64,000 bases of DNA from the human T2T-CHM13v2.0 reference genome, Homo sapiens, in the NCBI RefSeq assembly GCF_009914755.1, contig NC_060930.1; one strand, 5' to 3'. This document shows positions 13,531 to 27,351 of the stretch, piece after piece (the first letter of the stretch is position 1; each line of letters starts with the position of its first letter). A program made the translations under genes and the position numbers. Below the pieces are notes generated by a model. It worked only from the letters and a program-made list of their open reading frames with translations, was not told where the DNA came from and ran no database searches.

Positions 13531-14332
13531 AAGAGTCACACATTTTCTTCATGTCTTCTTTTATCTTGCAATGCAATGTATACATTAATTACATGTAATT
13601 GACTATTCGATACAATACTATGTAATGCATTCTTAATCATATCACGTACATGATGATGATTCAAGTATACAGTTAATGAAAATATTATGCTTAGTCCTTA
13701 TCAAATGCTATTTACAGAAAAAAATCTGTATAGAAACTCCCAGTGTTCTTGAATGCTTACATTTTATTGCTATCAAATAAAGATACAAATAATTGCTAAA
13801 AATGACATCTATAAATATTTATAAGTGAGACATTATGTTTGTGTATCCTAATTGTATTTTAAGCATACACAGTTTAATCAAAAGCAGACTCTAAAATGAT
13901 AATTAATATAACTGACATTGCACTAATGCAAGACATTTATAGAAGGTACATTTATCAAGTTAAGCACATTTATAACACATGTGGATGCTGGATAATTAAA
14001 ATAACCTTTGCATGGAAATTTACTTTAGAAACTAACACAGGAAATCTTTTAATTTTCATGTTTTGAATAATTATATTGGAATATTCTTTTCTTCCCAGAA
14101 GTGGTTATTTCATTTATTTTTCATGGGAATTTAATGGGTTTAAATTTCTTCTTTTTCCAGATATGTTAAGGAACTAATAGGTACTGTAACTCTGATCAAG
14201 TGCTTTATTCCCAGCTCCAAAATGTTTAATAATTTTTGAATAATATTGATTGTGTTTAGTTTTTGTGTTATATTCCCTAATTTCTATGACTTTTATTAAA
14301 AAGATGAGTGTTAGATTTTATACATATATACT

Positions 14333-14710
14333 ATGGTGGACTAGTGACATACCACCCCAGTCTGTCTTCTGGATTACAGGAATTATTCTTTTAGCTGCTG
14401 ATAGTGCTGCTGGAAGAAGGTCATCAGCTATCAATCCTCTTTGGGGATGGTATCACATCCCCTGTCTGAAGCAGCCCACATTCAAACATCGATCACTGTA
14501 GAGTAGGAAGACCTAGCCAGTCTCTGAAGGGCTTTTTAGCTTCAGAGCAACCTGTGGGGTCTGCTGAGGCTGTTGCTGTTGTTGGTATTTCAGGGCCACT
14601 GTTAAACTCTGCTCCTTACCTCTGCTTTCCACAGGTATTGATACTAAGAGCCCTCTCAAATAAACACTCCATTTCAGAGTGCGCTGTCTGAAGAAATCAA
14701 GCTTGGAATG
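14333..14710 (+). mobile_element. ERVL solo LTR (LTR16-like)
   Basis: 'acaggtattgatactaagagccctctcaaataaacactccatttcagagt' resembles the LTR16 3' region, including AATAAA. Confidence 0.55.
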
Positions 14711-15829
14711 TGCCCACTGACTCAGAAGTCAAATGTCATTGTGTATTGACAGTAAATTCAAGCAGCTATTATTGCATTGAAATGTATTCTGGTCAGTTAA
14801 TCGATGTAAATATTAATGAAGATATAGAATTTTTATTTTACTAATATTTTTTGATTTTTTAAAACAATCAGCTTCTTCACTTAATCATGGTTAGCTAACG
14901 ATTAATTAAAAGCAGATGAACAATATGGCAAATAATTGATCTCAACAGAAAAATAAAACAAATCCATAGAAGTCACGTTTTTCTTTTGTGAAAGCCTTTG
15001 TACTATTTTGACCTGCTGATTTAGCAGGCTGCAGTCTGATTTTAAACAAAGGAAAAAAAGATGAAACAGACGCTTGTTAATCATGCCGGAACTTCTAAAA
15101 CAGCTGTTGCTATGGGAGATATTGTCCCAGTATTTCTTTTGAATTTTACATGAGGACATTTACTCCCTTTTCCTCATTGCAAATTACAGGAGTGATTTAG
15201 GTAGTTCTAAGACACACAACCCCCTTATCCTCTTTGAATGTAGAACATTGCTATTTGGCATCCATTTGAAGGTAATGCCTTTTCAGCAAAGCAAGGAAAA
15301 GTCTATGAACTATAATTGCTCACTGCAAACGTGCTTTATTATTAACACAATTTCTCAAGAAAGCTGTAAAGAATGGAGACTGTGCTAAGGGAGTTAATAG
15401 AGAAATACCACTATTTCCTTAGCCAGTTTTTCCAGGTGCTGCCCCTGTCAAACAAAATCTATAGTTTCAGAATAGCATAACCCCTACACATGTATCAGTG
15501 GTCAAAACCAGAGCGGTGAAGCTCATCCAAGAGAAACAAGATTAAAAATTCAGCAAGAGACAGAAATCTGGACGTATACCAAGCAACTTTTCATCAGCAT
15601 GTCTGCCTGAGAGGAAACATTTTCCAGTGTCCTCCTTCCTTTTTCTTTGAAAATGAGCTCAACGGCCGTGTTCCCAGGCACTATAACAAATGAGTTGCTT
15701 CAGGCACAGAGAGGCATTAATAAATGATGTTATTTGTTAAAAGTAGCTTAGATGTCCCGCTCCCTCAAGTCAATGTCAAACCCAGTGAAACAACAGCTCT
15801 AACAAATTTCTCTGTGGTCCACATTGGGT

Positions 15830-16270
15830 CTTCGGTGTGTTTTCTTTTATGGCGCAGGAGGGTCAGGTGGACAGGGCAGATGTGGTGGGGTGCAGGAGCT
15901 CTACTATTTATGCGGACCTCTGTTAAGGAAATGGCAGAATTTCCGGAATTCTTTAGCTACTTCCTCTTAGTATTTGCCACTTTCTCTCCAGCTGTGGATG
16001 CCGAAGCCCTTGAACAAAGGCGCAGAAGGCCCAGAGCCAGGAGAGGGCGCATCCCTGAGCCCGAAGCCGAGGCGGCTTCCACCTGTCTACAGGAAACACA
16101 ACACCGCTTGCAGTTGGAAGGCTTGTTCTCAACCTACTGTTATATGGCTTGAGCCGTTAATCCGCCCCTATCACACAGGAACATTCAGAAGTTAGGGACA
16201 TTAAAAACACACAGGGTTCAAGTGTTTTGCACTAAGCTTGTTTACAGGAAAAGGAGAGCCTGGTGAGTCA
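15830..16270. promoter_or_regulatory. Unique, locally CpG- and GC-rich segment; candidate promoter, enhancer or lncRNA exon
   Basis: About 9 CpGs in 15990-16170 against a CpG-depleted background. Polypyrimidine+AG at 15990-15991 and CTG|GTGAGT donor at 16263. Confidence 0.4.
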
Positions 16271-17069
16271 TCCTTCTATTTTCAAATGGAAACTACCAAG
16301 AATTTGTGAGTGCACTTTGCAACTCTATGCATTTAAATTGATCAAACATTAAATATTAATGTGAATGACGTGGGAGCAGAATGCCGTTTACCAAGTAACT
16401 ACGATAGAATGATTTTAAAGGTATTATGAGAAGGTGGGGAATTAGAAAGATACTTTGCCTTAGCTGTTTTTATTTTTATCCACCTGGGTATAGGAGGACT
16501 ATTCAGTATTTGGTAGGGAGCAGGGTAACAGAAAGGTTACCATCATCAGTGATTCTAAATTACAGCAAACCCATTGCAAGTGGCAACAGACCATGATACA
16601 GGCTGTAGCTTAAAACAGGAAAAGGAAGTGGGGCTGAAGGAGGAGAGAGGAAAAGAAGAGCATTAACACTGGTGGAGGATTCAAGAGAAGCCTTGCTGCC
16701 CTTCTCTGAACACTCTGTCACTCTCCTTCCAGTGAGGGTGCTACACAGTTATTTTAAAGCTATGCCATTCTACACCTTTGCAGAACCTTGCAGGTTGCTG
16801 TCATCAGCTAACTGGGTGAGCTTGTCTTCTGTGTATCCATTCAAGTGATGTAAATACTGAACAGAATGGACCTTGTGGTATGTGTCTAGGAACCTTCCTC
16901 TAAGGTAACACTGTTTAATTAATCAGTATTGCTTAACATAATTTGTTTAATAAAATATAAACCCTGCTAATTTGCTTCAATTCAATCCACACATCTTCTG
17001 TTGTCTTCAAGATCAAGACTTGCCAAGTGGCTTGCTGAATAAAGACACACTTTGCCATTTTCAAGTCAA

Positions 17070-17330
17070 GAGAGTAGAGAGCTAAAGCACAGACTTTCAA
17101 GCTAGCCTGCCTCAGTTTTAATCTTGGCTTAACTATGTACAGTTACTGTATGTCTTTGAGCAAGTTACTTTTCTGTGCCTTAGTTTTCTTATCAGTAAAG
17201 TGGGGATAATAATAGTTTACACTTCGAGGGTTTCTGTGCGGATGAGATGAGTTAGTGACAACTGTATATGCTTAGAAAGCATGGAGTCCATAGTCAGTAC
17301 TGCCCAAGTGTTTGTTCTTATTGTCATTGT
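17070..17330 (+). mobile_element. MIR SINE
   Basis: 'ctttgagcaagttacttttctgtgccttagttttcttatcagtaaagtggggataataatag...ggatgagatgagttag'. Confidence 0.8.
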
Positions 17331-17419
17331 CATAATCATCATCGAGTGATCCTCCCCAAACAGTGATCACATCATAGTCTGTTGGTATTTAACCTATGTT
17401 TACACCCAGTGATTACTAT

Positions 17420-17942
17420 TCTACATCTATATGTCCTTGGGTAGATTACCTAATCTCTCTGATCCTCAGGGTTTTTTTTCTGTATAAAATATAAATGAGA
17501 ATATGTGCACACAAAATGATGTGTACACAAAATGAAGGTCTAAAAATCATTGTAGAGTTTTCCTGCAAATCTTCCCTTTTGAGGCATCTCTCTTTTAAAA
17601 CATAGAATATATATATGTATATATATGCGTAGAATATATATATATGCATAGAATATATATATAAAAGCATAGTATATATAGATAGATATATATATGGGCT
17701 ACAAAATGCTCAGCAAATATAATACATGCAGTGAATATGAGATATCTAAACTATGTGTTCTTCCAAATACAGCATTAATTTGCTGAAAGCTTTTTTCTCC
17801 AAGTAGCTAAATTTGTCAACACTTTGGAAAAAGCAAGTGAATCTGCCACATCATTATCTACATCTATATGTCCTTGGGTAGATTACTTAATCTCTTTGAG
17901 CCTCAGGTTTTTTTTTTCTTATAAAATAGGAATGAGAATATG
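17420..17942 (+). repeat. 86-bp direct repeat pair (17420-17505 and 17857-17942), MIR-core derived, enclosing a TA-rich low-complexity tract (~17600-17695)
   Basis: The first 30 nt are identical (TCTACATCTATATGTCCTTGGGTAGATTAC). Overall identity is about 90% by hand alignment. Confidence 0.9.
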
Positions 17943-18513
17943 AATTTGATATGCACAGCATATCGAGTAATTATGTTTCTTCCACAATCTAAGCACTAGA
18001 GATGTTTTATTCAACATGAATAAAACAAAGTCTTTGCTGTGATGATAAACATATGTAAAAAGTACGTAGTATGTTAAGTGATTTAAAAATGTGCCATACA
18101 AATGTAAAGCAGAAAAGAGGCCGAAGAGTGATATGGAGCAGGAGCAGCAGATATGATAGCTTTTCTAATAGTGGATGTTGGCATGTTTGAAAATTCTTGG
18201 TGTCACAGCTCTAACACTATGAATTTTTTCATCAAAACTGAAAGGTGAAGAAATCTCTTTAAAAACTGTTCACTGGCACATGAGGCTTTTCTCCAAGCAA
18301 AAAGCTTCTTTTTGAAGCTACCACAGAATGGCTTCTGACATTCTGGAAACCAGAGCACGGGCTTTTGCGGGACAATTGTTCCAATATGCCCCCACGTAAG
18401 GAGCATGGCTGGCCGTATCCTCAGGAAAAAGATATTTTCCCATGTGTTCATGGCTTCAGTATCTCTTCACGACAAAAGAAGATAATTACATTTTTATTTT
18501 TTTCAGTAATTAA

Positions 18514-18839
<326 letters not shown>

Positions 18840-21800
18840 AAATCACTCAAATTGAACACTAGAATTAGAATTACCAGTGTTTTTTATGTAGATACCTTCA
18901 TTCTCATCTGGAAACTCTTGTAGCTGGAACATCAACAATGCACTGAATTACCTGTATTTCTCCCCTTTAGAACTTTTCCCAGAGAAGTCCAAATGTCCTT
19001 GGACATTTTCAGTTATCATAGCTTAGAAAAAAGCACAGTCCTTAAGAGACTGGTAACTGAAAATTATTTCTGGGCTATCAGATATGCTTAATAAAAGCTT
19101 CAGTAAAGTCAACGACTTCTTTACAGCACATGTGATCTTAATGTGGAAGACATTTTACATTTTTCATCTGGCAAACCCTATGCAACACAGTTGGAATTAT
19201 TCTTCAAGAAGTGTCAGCAAGTTGCTGAAATGAATCAGGGCTAAGCTTTGGTCACAACTTGTCCATTTTTAGGTTCTCTGGGAACCAAGTTATCTATGAC
19301 TGTATAGAAGAGCCATGAGTGACTCTTCCCTCAGTATTCTTGCTATTTCACCTTTTGCTCCGTCCTTACTCTTTTCCAGTTGAAGAGCTTTCCATGTATA
19401 AATCAAAAGTGGAGGTTGGTCCCAGAGATTGGACCTGAATTAAAATCTGTTTTCTATATTTTCCTTGTCAAATGGGATTGTCTGAATTTCAAATCATGTT
19501 AGTTTGCTTACTCTGGCTAAATTTCTTATTTCTTTTGTTGATTAATTTTTGATATTCGATCATAGTTGTACAAATATTTTCAATTATTTCCAAATATTTG
19601 ATTTAGTTTTTGGGCAATACACTGGGTTTCCCCTCCAAATTTATGAGCCTTGTCAATATTATCCAGAACTTTGATGTCTGAACAGGCCTCCCATGAAGAA
19701 TGTTCTCCTTGGCTTTACTTTTGAATGCACTCTATGAAATAGCATGCTGCGTTTTTAGATTTGTCACTCATACTAAACTCCACATCCACATACTAGTTAA
19801 GCATATATTTGGACAGTTGAATTATATACAATAATTGTTGTGAGCCTTATCAAGGTTAAAGTTCACTTGTGTAGAGGAAACATTTTAAAACACTCTAAGG
19901 TCTTCTTAAGTTTGAGCAACACGTGAGTAAGTCATTACCACCAATAGCCTATCTATTCAGTTTCAGTGCTGTTTTTATAAGTACTTTCTATTTGGGCTTT
20001 CAAAAATGTAAGTGGGATGAGAGAGAGTAAACAGTCGTTGTTTGTTCTCTTCCAGGATCAGATTACATGATAGTTGCTTAGTTACTGCTCTACACAGTGT
20101 ACGTACCTTTATGTGTAAATACAGATTTCAAAATCTCTACAGATGTACCCTGGGTCAGAGAGGTTTTTAGCAGATCCAGAAAATGCGTGGTCTTGGTTTC
20201 TCACAAAAAGGTACCGCCAAACATGTTTGGTAATAGGAATGTAAATAGTGAAACAAATCTACCGAGAGTAATCAGAAAAGAAAAGAACTTACTTGATTCC
20301 TAGAACCCAACGTACAAAAAGGCAAAGCTAACTGGAAAATGCCTCAGGTGGTGCATCATGTCTACCAGGTGCATTGTGTGACACTGTTTGCTTCTCTTTA
20401 GTACTTTTTCCATTAACTCCATGAAATATTTATAAACAACCATCTCCCTTTTCAGTACTGCCAATTCATTCTGTTCAGAACTAAGTCATTTGGTGCTAAG
20501 TACCCAATTCTTGCCATGGTGCTCCAGGGGCCAAGAATGACTGAGTTTGGTTTCAATAATGCCTCTCTTAGTATTCCATTCCTACCAGTGATGTTGAGAG
20601 CCAGAGAATTGGGAGACAGAGCTTGCAGGGGATTTCCTTTCTGTTCTTGTTCCAGAGTGGCTACAATGAAGATAAGATAAACAAGCAACTTCTGTGCAAG
20701 GCACTGCCCACTAGTGTCTTGGTGAAAAGTGCTTCTGAAAGTCAGGGACAAGGGGGAGAACTGATGACTACATGTGTTCCTGGTTAATTTCCCTTAATTA
20801 CCACCAGATCAGCCTTGTACCCTGTCCCTTGTTTGCACTCAGAAAAAAGTTTCCTTTACAAATGTTTAACCTGAAAACTTTTCAGGTATAAAAAATACCT
20901 ACAGCACACCACAAAGGCTCAACTCTGCCAGCACCCACCGCCCAAGGGCTTTAGGGACTGCTTATAGATGTTTATTTTAAAAGTTTAACCAAATGGCTGA
21001 GAAACAACTATTTTGAACCTCACCTATTCTTAAACAGATTGTAACTAGATTACAAGTAAAAACCCCAAGAAGCTGTCTTTAAATTAGTTAAAACTTGTAT
21101 AATATCCAAGAAATTTATAGAAGTTAATTCTCCATTTCTCTCTCAAATTCATTCATTTAATTTATTTTCATAATTGGAGAAATCAGCAATTTTCCTATTC
21201 TGTTAGAATATCTATGAGATAATGATAAAGAGAAAAAAGTTAATCAAGTGGAAGAATTTGCAGAGGGATATTAGGTTCAGAAATAAATTATTTCAACATG
21301 TGAGGTTTTTACTGGGCTGCCAAAGAAAATCTATGGAGTAGGTCACAAGAATAGAAGCAGTAGCTAGTAGGCTTAAGTTTCTTGGTTTAGAAAAAGTTAA
21401 GATGGGTGTTCAGATATTACATTTTCTAAGAAGTTGGGTGGTTTGGAGAAGAATATGTACTTACAAGTTTAATTTCAAGAAACAGATTTTGGAAAACTTG
21501 ATTAGAAGTAAATTTAACAATTACTAATCTTTGTCATTAATAATGGCTCACATTATCTTTCACTATATTTTATTCCAATATTTTAAATTATAAGTACTGG
21601 GCTAGAAGGAAGAAAATTGGGTTATAGTTCGATTTTTGACACTAACAAACAATGCAACTTTGGGAAAATTCATTTAACTTTTAGAGGCCTCAGTTTTCAC
21701 TAAATGTGAACATTGCAATGTCTAATTTATGTACTTTCTAGCCTTCCAGCTCTAAAATTTACTCAAAGAAAAGTGAAGATATTTTCACCATCACTTCAGG

Positions 21801-23189
21801 TGTGTCCTCTAATTATATTTGGTTAGAAATGGTACCAACTTCTCTGAATGCTCTGTAGTTATTGCAAATTTGTGCTATTCAGATAGTAAACTTTCGCTCC
21901 TTAAACAAAAGTTTGAGGGCCACTGGTTCTATGAACTAGATGCATGAATTTGCATGCTTCAAACTCGAGTGATTTCTCAAGGATAGCAAGGTTTTACAGC
22001 AAAATTTACATTTATTTCTTCTGTAGCCAGGAAATCCTTTCTGCAAGAGTCTGATTTAAGTGATATTTTTGTTGTTGTATATTCTCTAAAATTAAGTTTT
22101 GAAAATACAATAGGCTTAGAGGACAACTAGTAAAACAAAATGAAAAACTTCATTACATTCATCCTGGAAATCAAGTACCAAAAAAGAAGGCACTAAAACC
22201 TTGGGATAAATAATAAGTAGTAGTTTTTAATTATTTTTAAACTAATGAACTTAGAGACTAAGAAAAGCTTTTGAAATGTTATATAGGCTCACCTACCGAC
22301 AGGCATTTGCACACACATATTTACATACAATCTGAAGAGGTCCAAAAGGGAAAAGAACTCTATTAGGGTATCAGAAAACCAAATAGGCCATCTCTAAATT
22401 TCAGTTTTTGAAGTAAGTTTTGTTATCTGCATTCGACATTAGAGAGAAAAAACAAAGCAAAACAATGACAACTCTTAATTGTCCAAATAAGGGAAGAGTT
22501 TACCGGCATAGATAAATACAATCAATGGATAATTCTCAAATAATTTTTCTTTGATTTTGTAAAACTCATTTTAGCTTGTTTTGCCTTATGCTGATGTTGA
22601 AATCTGGGCATCTTGAGAACACACCAGTTGTTGGTTAGCCATATATGTGGTAAGTTGCTGGAGCAAATCCAGCCTGAATATTCTGTGAATGGTCTACAAA
22701 GTGTGAGCAATATATGTGGATAATTACGAGCTTTCAACAGGTTTTTATGTATTAATAAACATTTACTCCGAGGAGAAATCTGAGCACATTAATAAAGGCT
22801 GCAGTCAGTCCCACAGAGATACATATATTTTACCACAGCATGTGAATAGACTTTGAAAGGTGGCTGCCATTTCTCCTTCCAGATTTTACAGATGAGAATA
22901 ATCTACAGTTAGAGGCATAGTATTCTGCTCTGAAATGGCACAGGATAGAACACAAGAAAATGTCTGGCCTTTCTCTCTCTCACTCACCTTTTACTTTTCT
23001 CTCCATTTTGATGTGGTCACTTTCTCATCTCCGATTCTGAAAACAATTTTAGTGTGGGTCTTACTCAGTGTGTTGTTCTGGAGAAATCACGGGGGCACTC
23101 AAATGTAATGCTGAGTCTGATTCTTGTTGGGCTCATGGTCAAGCACAGTTTTAAATAGATGAAACCATTTTTGAGGGTTTGTTTTGATA

Positions 23190-23330
23190 ATACTTATATC
23201 AATAATTTCACCCTTACAACAACACTCCTTAGTAGGTATTATTAACAGTGTTTATGAAGTGCAAATCAGGTCCCCAAGAAGCTAAATTATCTGAGGCCAC
23301 TAGGATTGTAAGTGACAGAGCCAGTCCCAA
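23190..23330 (-). mobile_element. MIR fragment
   Basis: 'cccttacaacaacactccttagtaggtattatt...gctaaattatctgaggccac...gtaagtgacagagcca'. Confidence 0.5.
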
Positions 23331-24300
23331 CTAACTGAAAATTTACATTCCCCATATATATATTTAGTTTCAGCTTATTTCAGTCTTTGGGATATAGTAG
23401 ATGCTCAGTTACTATTTAGTGAATGTTGTTTGAAGGATATAGGTAACTTCAAAACTACACTAGCTTCCTGATGTGGCATCTAGCCAAACACATTGCTGTT
23501 CATCCTCCTCCATTCCCAATTAGATATTGAGCTTCTGTGCTCTTTGAAGCAGTGTGATGGACTAGACAACTCTAGCTGGAAACTTCATGTCTTGGGATGT
23601 ATACAATTAAATGACTTCTTCAGTAATAAACATCTTATTCTTTGATGTTGTAGATACAATGATTTAAGACCTCTACATGTGACTTTTAGATAATAACATG
23701 TCTTTTAATCAAACAATGGGAGATAGGTTTAAAATACACCAAAGAGTAGCTGAGCCATTTATATCCTGGCATTGCATAATCCTACTTGCTACTGATGTCT
23801 TAAATAATTAAGAAATATTAAATGTTGACACTTTATAAGCACATGTAGTTTTTTTTTGTACTAGTAATTATTTTTTAATCCTGGAAAACATTAAAGTGAT
23901 TGCAACCAGCTTTCACGTATTGAGTTTTCAGTGAAAATTTAAAGCAGCGATCTTATGTCTGAACTTTACAATGGTATCTATGTTAGAAAGTTCTAGAATG
24001 ACTTCCTGTTATGTTTTTAGGTAAAAACTTCAATAATGTTATAACTATTTTTAATTTAATAGGCATATTTAACAATGGTCATTTTTACTATTGCTTCAAA
24101 TCTTTAATCTTCTGAATTTATTGATGTTTATGTAAATAATGGTGTACACTAAGGAAGTTACCAGGCTTGGGGTTCTTGAACATACTGAATCCTTTTTCAC
24201 ATTCTTCTTGCCTTGGTTGTTGGCGTTCTGCCTGGATTAAAAAGAAAAAGCAAAACCAGAAACCATAAGTGAGAGACTCTTCATAATTCTATAACTAGTT

Positions 24301-24302
<2 letters not shown>

Positions 24303-24334
<32 letters not shown>
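24303..24334. repeat. (GT)16 microsatellite
   Basis: Seen directly in the sequence. Confidence 0.95.
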
Positions 24335-24337
<3 letters not shown>

Positions 24338-24769
24338 TGTGTTTGGTTTGAATTTCTGCTCCTTAGTGAACTGGGTATAATCTTTGACTGCAGACTGAGT
24401 CTATACATTTCAAGCCTTTCTTCTCCCTATATGACTCACATAATTCCTGTGTTGTGTGACATGGGAATGCTTATATCCTATAAGCCTGCACGTTTGTGTC
24501 AGAATCATAATTGACTTGGCACAATGGATGAGAGGAGTATTTAGGGGAGCCATTTCTATGCTATGAAGGAGAGCAGTATTCTGAACAATATGTAGAAGTG
24601 ACTGTGAATCACATAAATATAGCCTAGTAAGCCCAATAAATGCACCCCCAACTTCTTAACTGAACTGAACCACAAATACTCATGGCCACTACCATGAGGA
24701 GGGGAAGTTAGCCAGCGGGGAAACTAAGCAGAAAGAGGTAGAAGGCCTACTAATTGAGGTTAAAATATG

Positions 24770-24912
24770 CCATGTTTGCAAATTTTATTAAAAAATATGA
24801 CTATGTGAACACACTGTTAATCCCCCCTGCCAGGGCCTTGGAGGGATCCTGTGTGTGTGTGAGGAACCCTGAGGTTTTGGTTTCATTAGCTTCACAGTAA
24901 ATCCACTTCTCT
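24770..24912 (-). mobile_element. Ancient hAT-type DNA transposon fragment (family uncertain)
   Basis: 'cagggccttggagggatcctgtg...ttcattagcttcacagtaaatccacttct' resembles an old hAT terminus. Confidence 0.35.
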
Positions 24913-26493
24913 ACCCCCAGACCCACCCTTTTCTCTAATGATGTGGTCTTTTTTCTCCATAAAGACTTTCGTAGTATGTTGTTTGCACCTGTCTTACAGA
25001 GGAAATTAACTTACACTGCTTTCTTTATAATACTTAAGTGTGTGACTATACATACACACATACGTATATACATCAATTAACTATTTATATACCTCTTTTT
25101 CTAGTATTGATCTTTTTGAGCATAGCTACTGTGAAATGCTTATTTTTGCATTCTATGCAATAGTAGGCTTTTTGAATAAATCTTTCTTCATACATATAAA
25201 TTTATCCATCATTGATGGGCAAAGACGTGGACATTTAAAAAGGCCTTTTGATATAAATTTCACTATCATCTTCCAAAAAGATTATTTCTATGTACACTTG
25301 TACCAGCGGTATATAAGAATTATTGTTTAATCACATTCTACAAAGTGACTGATATTACTTAGGTTCCAAAATAACCCCATTGTATACATTTATTTGGGAT
25401 AATTTTTATTTTTGCTACATTGAGTTTTGCTATTGGGCATCATACTACATTTTTTATGACTTAAGTAATCTTTACATCTCTCAGGGAAGTTTAATAGTTT
25501 TATTTATGTTTTAAACATTCATATTAAAATTTTCTGGCTATTTTATATTTTGTTGCTATTGTGAAAAACATCTTTTTTCTCTTGAATTTTTTATATCATC
25601 ATTGAGGACATATAAAAAATTATTAATTTTGTGTATTTACTTAGTAGTTACTTATTAGTTATTTTCACTTGTTAATTGTAATAGTTACTCAGTTAAGAGA
25701 TATTATTCCAGGAAAAGATTATTCTTTTGGTTAAGGGCATTTGGATATTAAGCTTGACCAAAGCTTTTTTACCTTATATAATTGTAATCTGATTATTCTT
25801 TAAATCTCTTATATGATAAACTATATATTTATTCATATTGAGTCATTATTACATTTCTTAATCTTTTTTGGCCATAGTTTTTTATTTGTTTAATATTCTG
25901 CTGAACTAGCTCCTAAATATAATGTAGGCAGGGATGTAGCTACAAGAATGTTTGTTTATTGCAGAAGTGTATATGAAAGCAAAGATTTATAAACAACTTG
26001 AATGTCCCAAACTAGATATTACTTAAATAAATTAAGGCACATATCCCCAATGGAGAATAAGCAGACAAAATGATGTTATAAAGCTATATTTCCTAATATG
26101 TTTACATTATTTGGTAAAATAGTAGTAAATCTTGAATGAACTCATTAAAAGCACATTTGTATGTGTGTATGTAAGTGTTTGAGGTCTGTGAACACATTTG
26201 TGTGTGAATAAGTGGGTCTGTGTGTGTGTGTATGCATGTGTATACGTACACTTGGAAAGATCTGTGCTATAACTACAGCATGAGGTTTCTCCAGATAAAG
26301 ATTATATTATGTTTTCATATTTTTTTTAGAAAAACTGATGTTATAGATTTTTTGCTAAAAATTGCATATACTCAATATGAGAAGTTCTTCTAATATCTCA
26401 ACCCAGAAGTGAACATTGCTAACAATAAGTTAACATCATTCCATATATCTCTTCTGTATAGTAAACATATAATTAGAAAGATATATTAGCAGA

Positions 26494-26865
26494 TACTATG
26501 GCTATATTGTATATGTCCCTCCAAAATTCATACATTGGAACTTAATCTCCAAGGCTGTATTATTAAGAGGTGAGGCCCTGGGAGGTGATTATGTGGAGCC
26601 TCATGGATGGAATTAATGCCCTTATAAAAGAGGCTTGAGGGAGCCACCTATCACCTTCCATCCCTTTTACCATGTGAAGACAAAGCTTTTGGCCCCTTGT
26701 TCAAGGTGCTGCCTTGGAAGCAGAGCCTGAACCTTCACCAGATACTGAATTTGCTGGTGGCTTGATCTTGGACTTCCCAGCCTCCACAACTGTGGAACAA
26801 TGAATTTGTTTATAAATCACTCAGTCTGAAGTGTTCTGTAATAGTATCAGGAATAGAGTAAGAGA
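26494..26865 (+). mobile_element. MaLR solo LTR (MSTC/MSTD-like)
   Basis: 'tgtccctccaaaattcat...aatgcccttataaaagaggc...gatcttggacttcccagcctcca'. Flanks GCAGA and GTAGA form a 4/5 TSD. Confidence 0.8.
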
Positions 26866-26991
26866 GTAGAAATACCTTTAAAATTTTGATCATATTCTAT
26901 ATGCTATTTAATTTTATTTGTTCTTTGCATTTAAGAAATGATGATAAATTAAGTAAAATTGAATGGATTGCTCAACATCAGACTGTGGTTC

Positions 26992-27351
26992 TGCATTAGG
27001 ACTTCCAGGAAAAAATCCATGGACTGGGTGGCTTAAACAACAGAAATTTAATTTACTTTCCCACAGTTCTGGAGGCTGGAAGTCTAAGCTCAAAGTGTTG
27101 GCAGTTTTGGTTTCTCCTGAGGCCTCTGTCTTTGGTTTGCAGATGGCTGCCTTCTTGTTGTGTTCTCACGTGGTCATCTGTGTTGTATGTGCCCTAATCT
27201 TCTCCTTTTATAAGGACACCAGTCATACTGTACTGGGGCCTACCCTAATGACTCCATTGTAACTTAATTGCTTATTTAAAGACCCTACCATCAAAACAGT
27301 CACATTCTGAGATTAGGAGGAGGGGAAGGATACACAATTCAGCCCATAACA
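26992..27351 (-). mobile_element. MaLR solo LTR (MLT1A/B-like)
   Basis: 'gactgggtggcttaaacaacagaaattt...cacagttctggaggctggaagtc...acacaattcagcccataaca'. Perfect TSD GGTTC at 26987-26991 and 27352-27356. Confidence 0.88.

Noticed and set aside
15724-16152. 142-aa ORF as a conventional gene
   Set aside because: It has no recognisable homology and its N-terminal half looks random. Only the internal 73-aa portion is kept, as a speculative finding.
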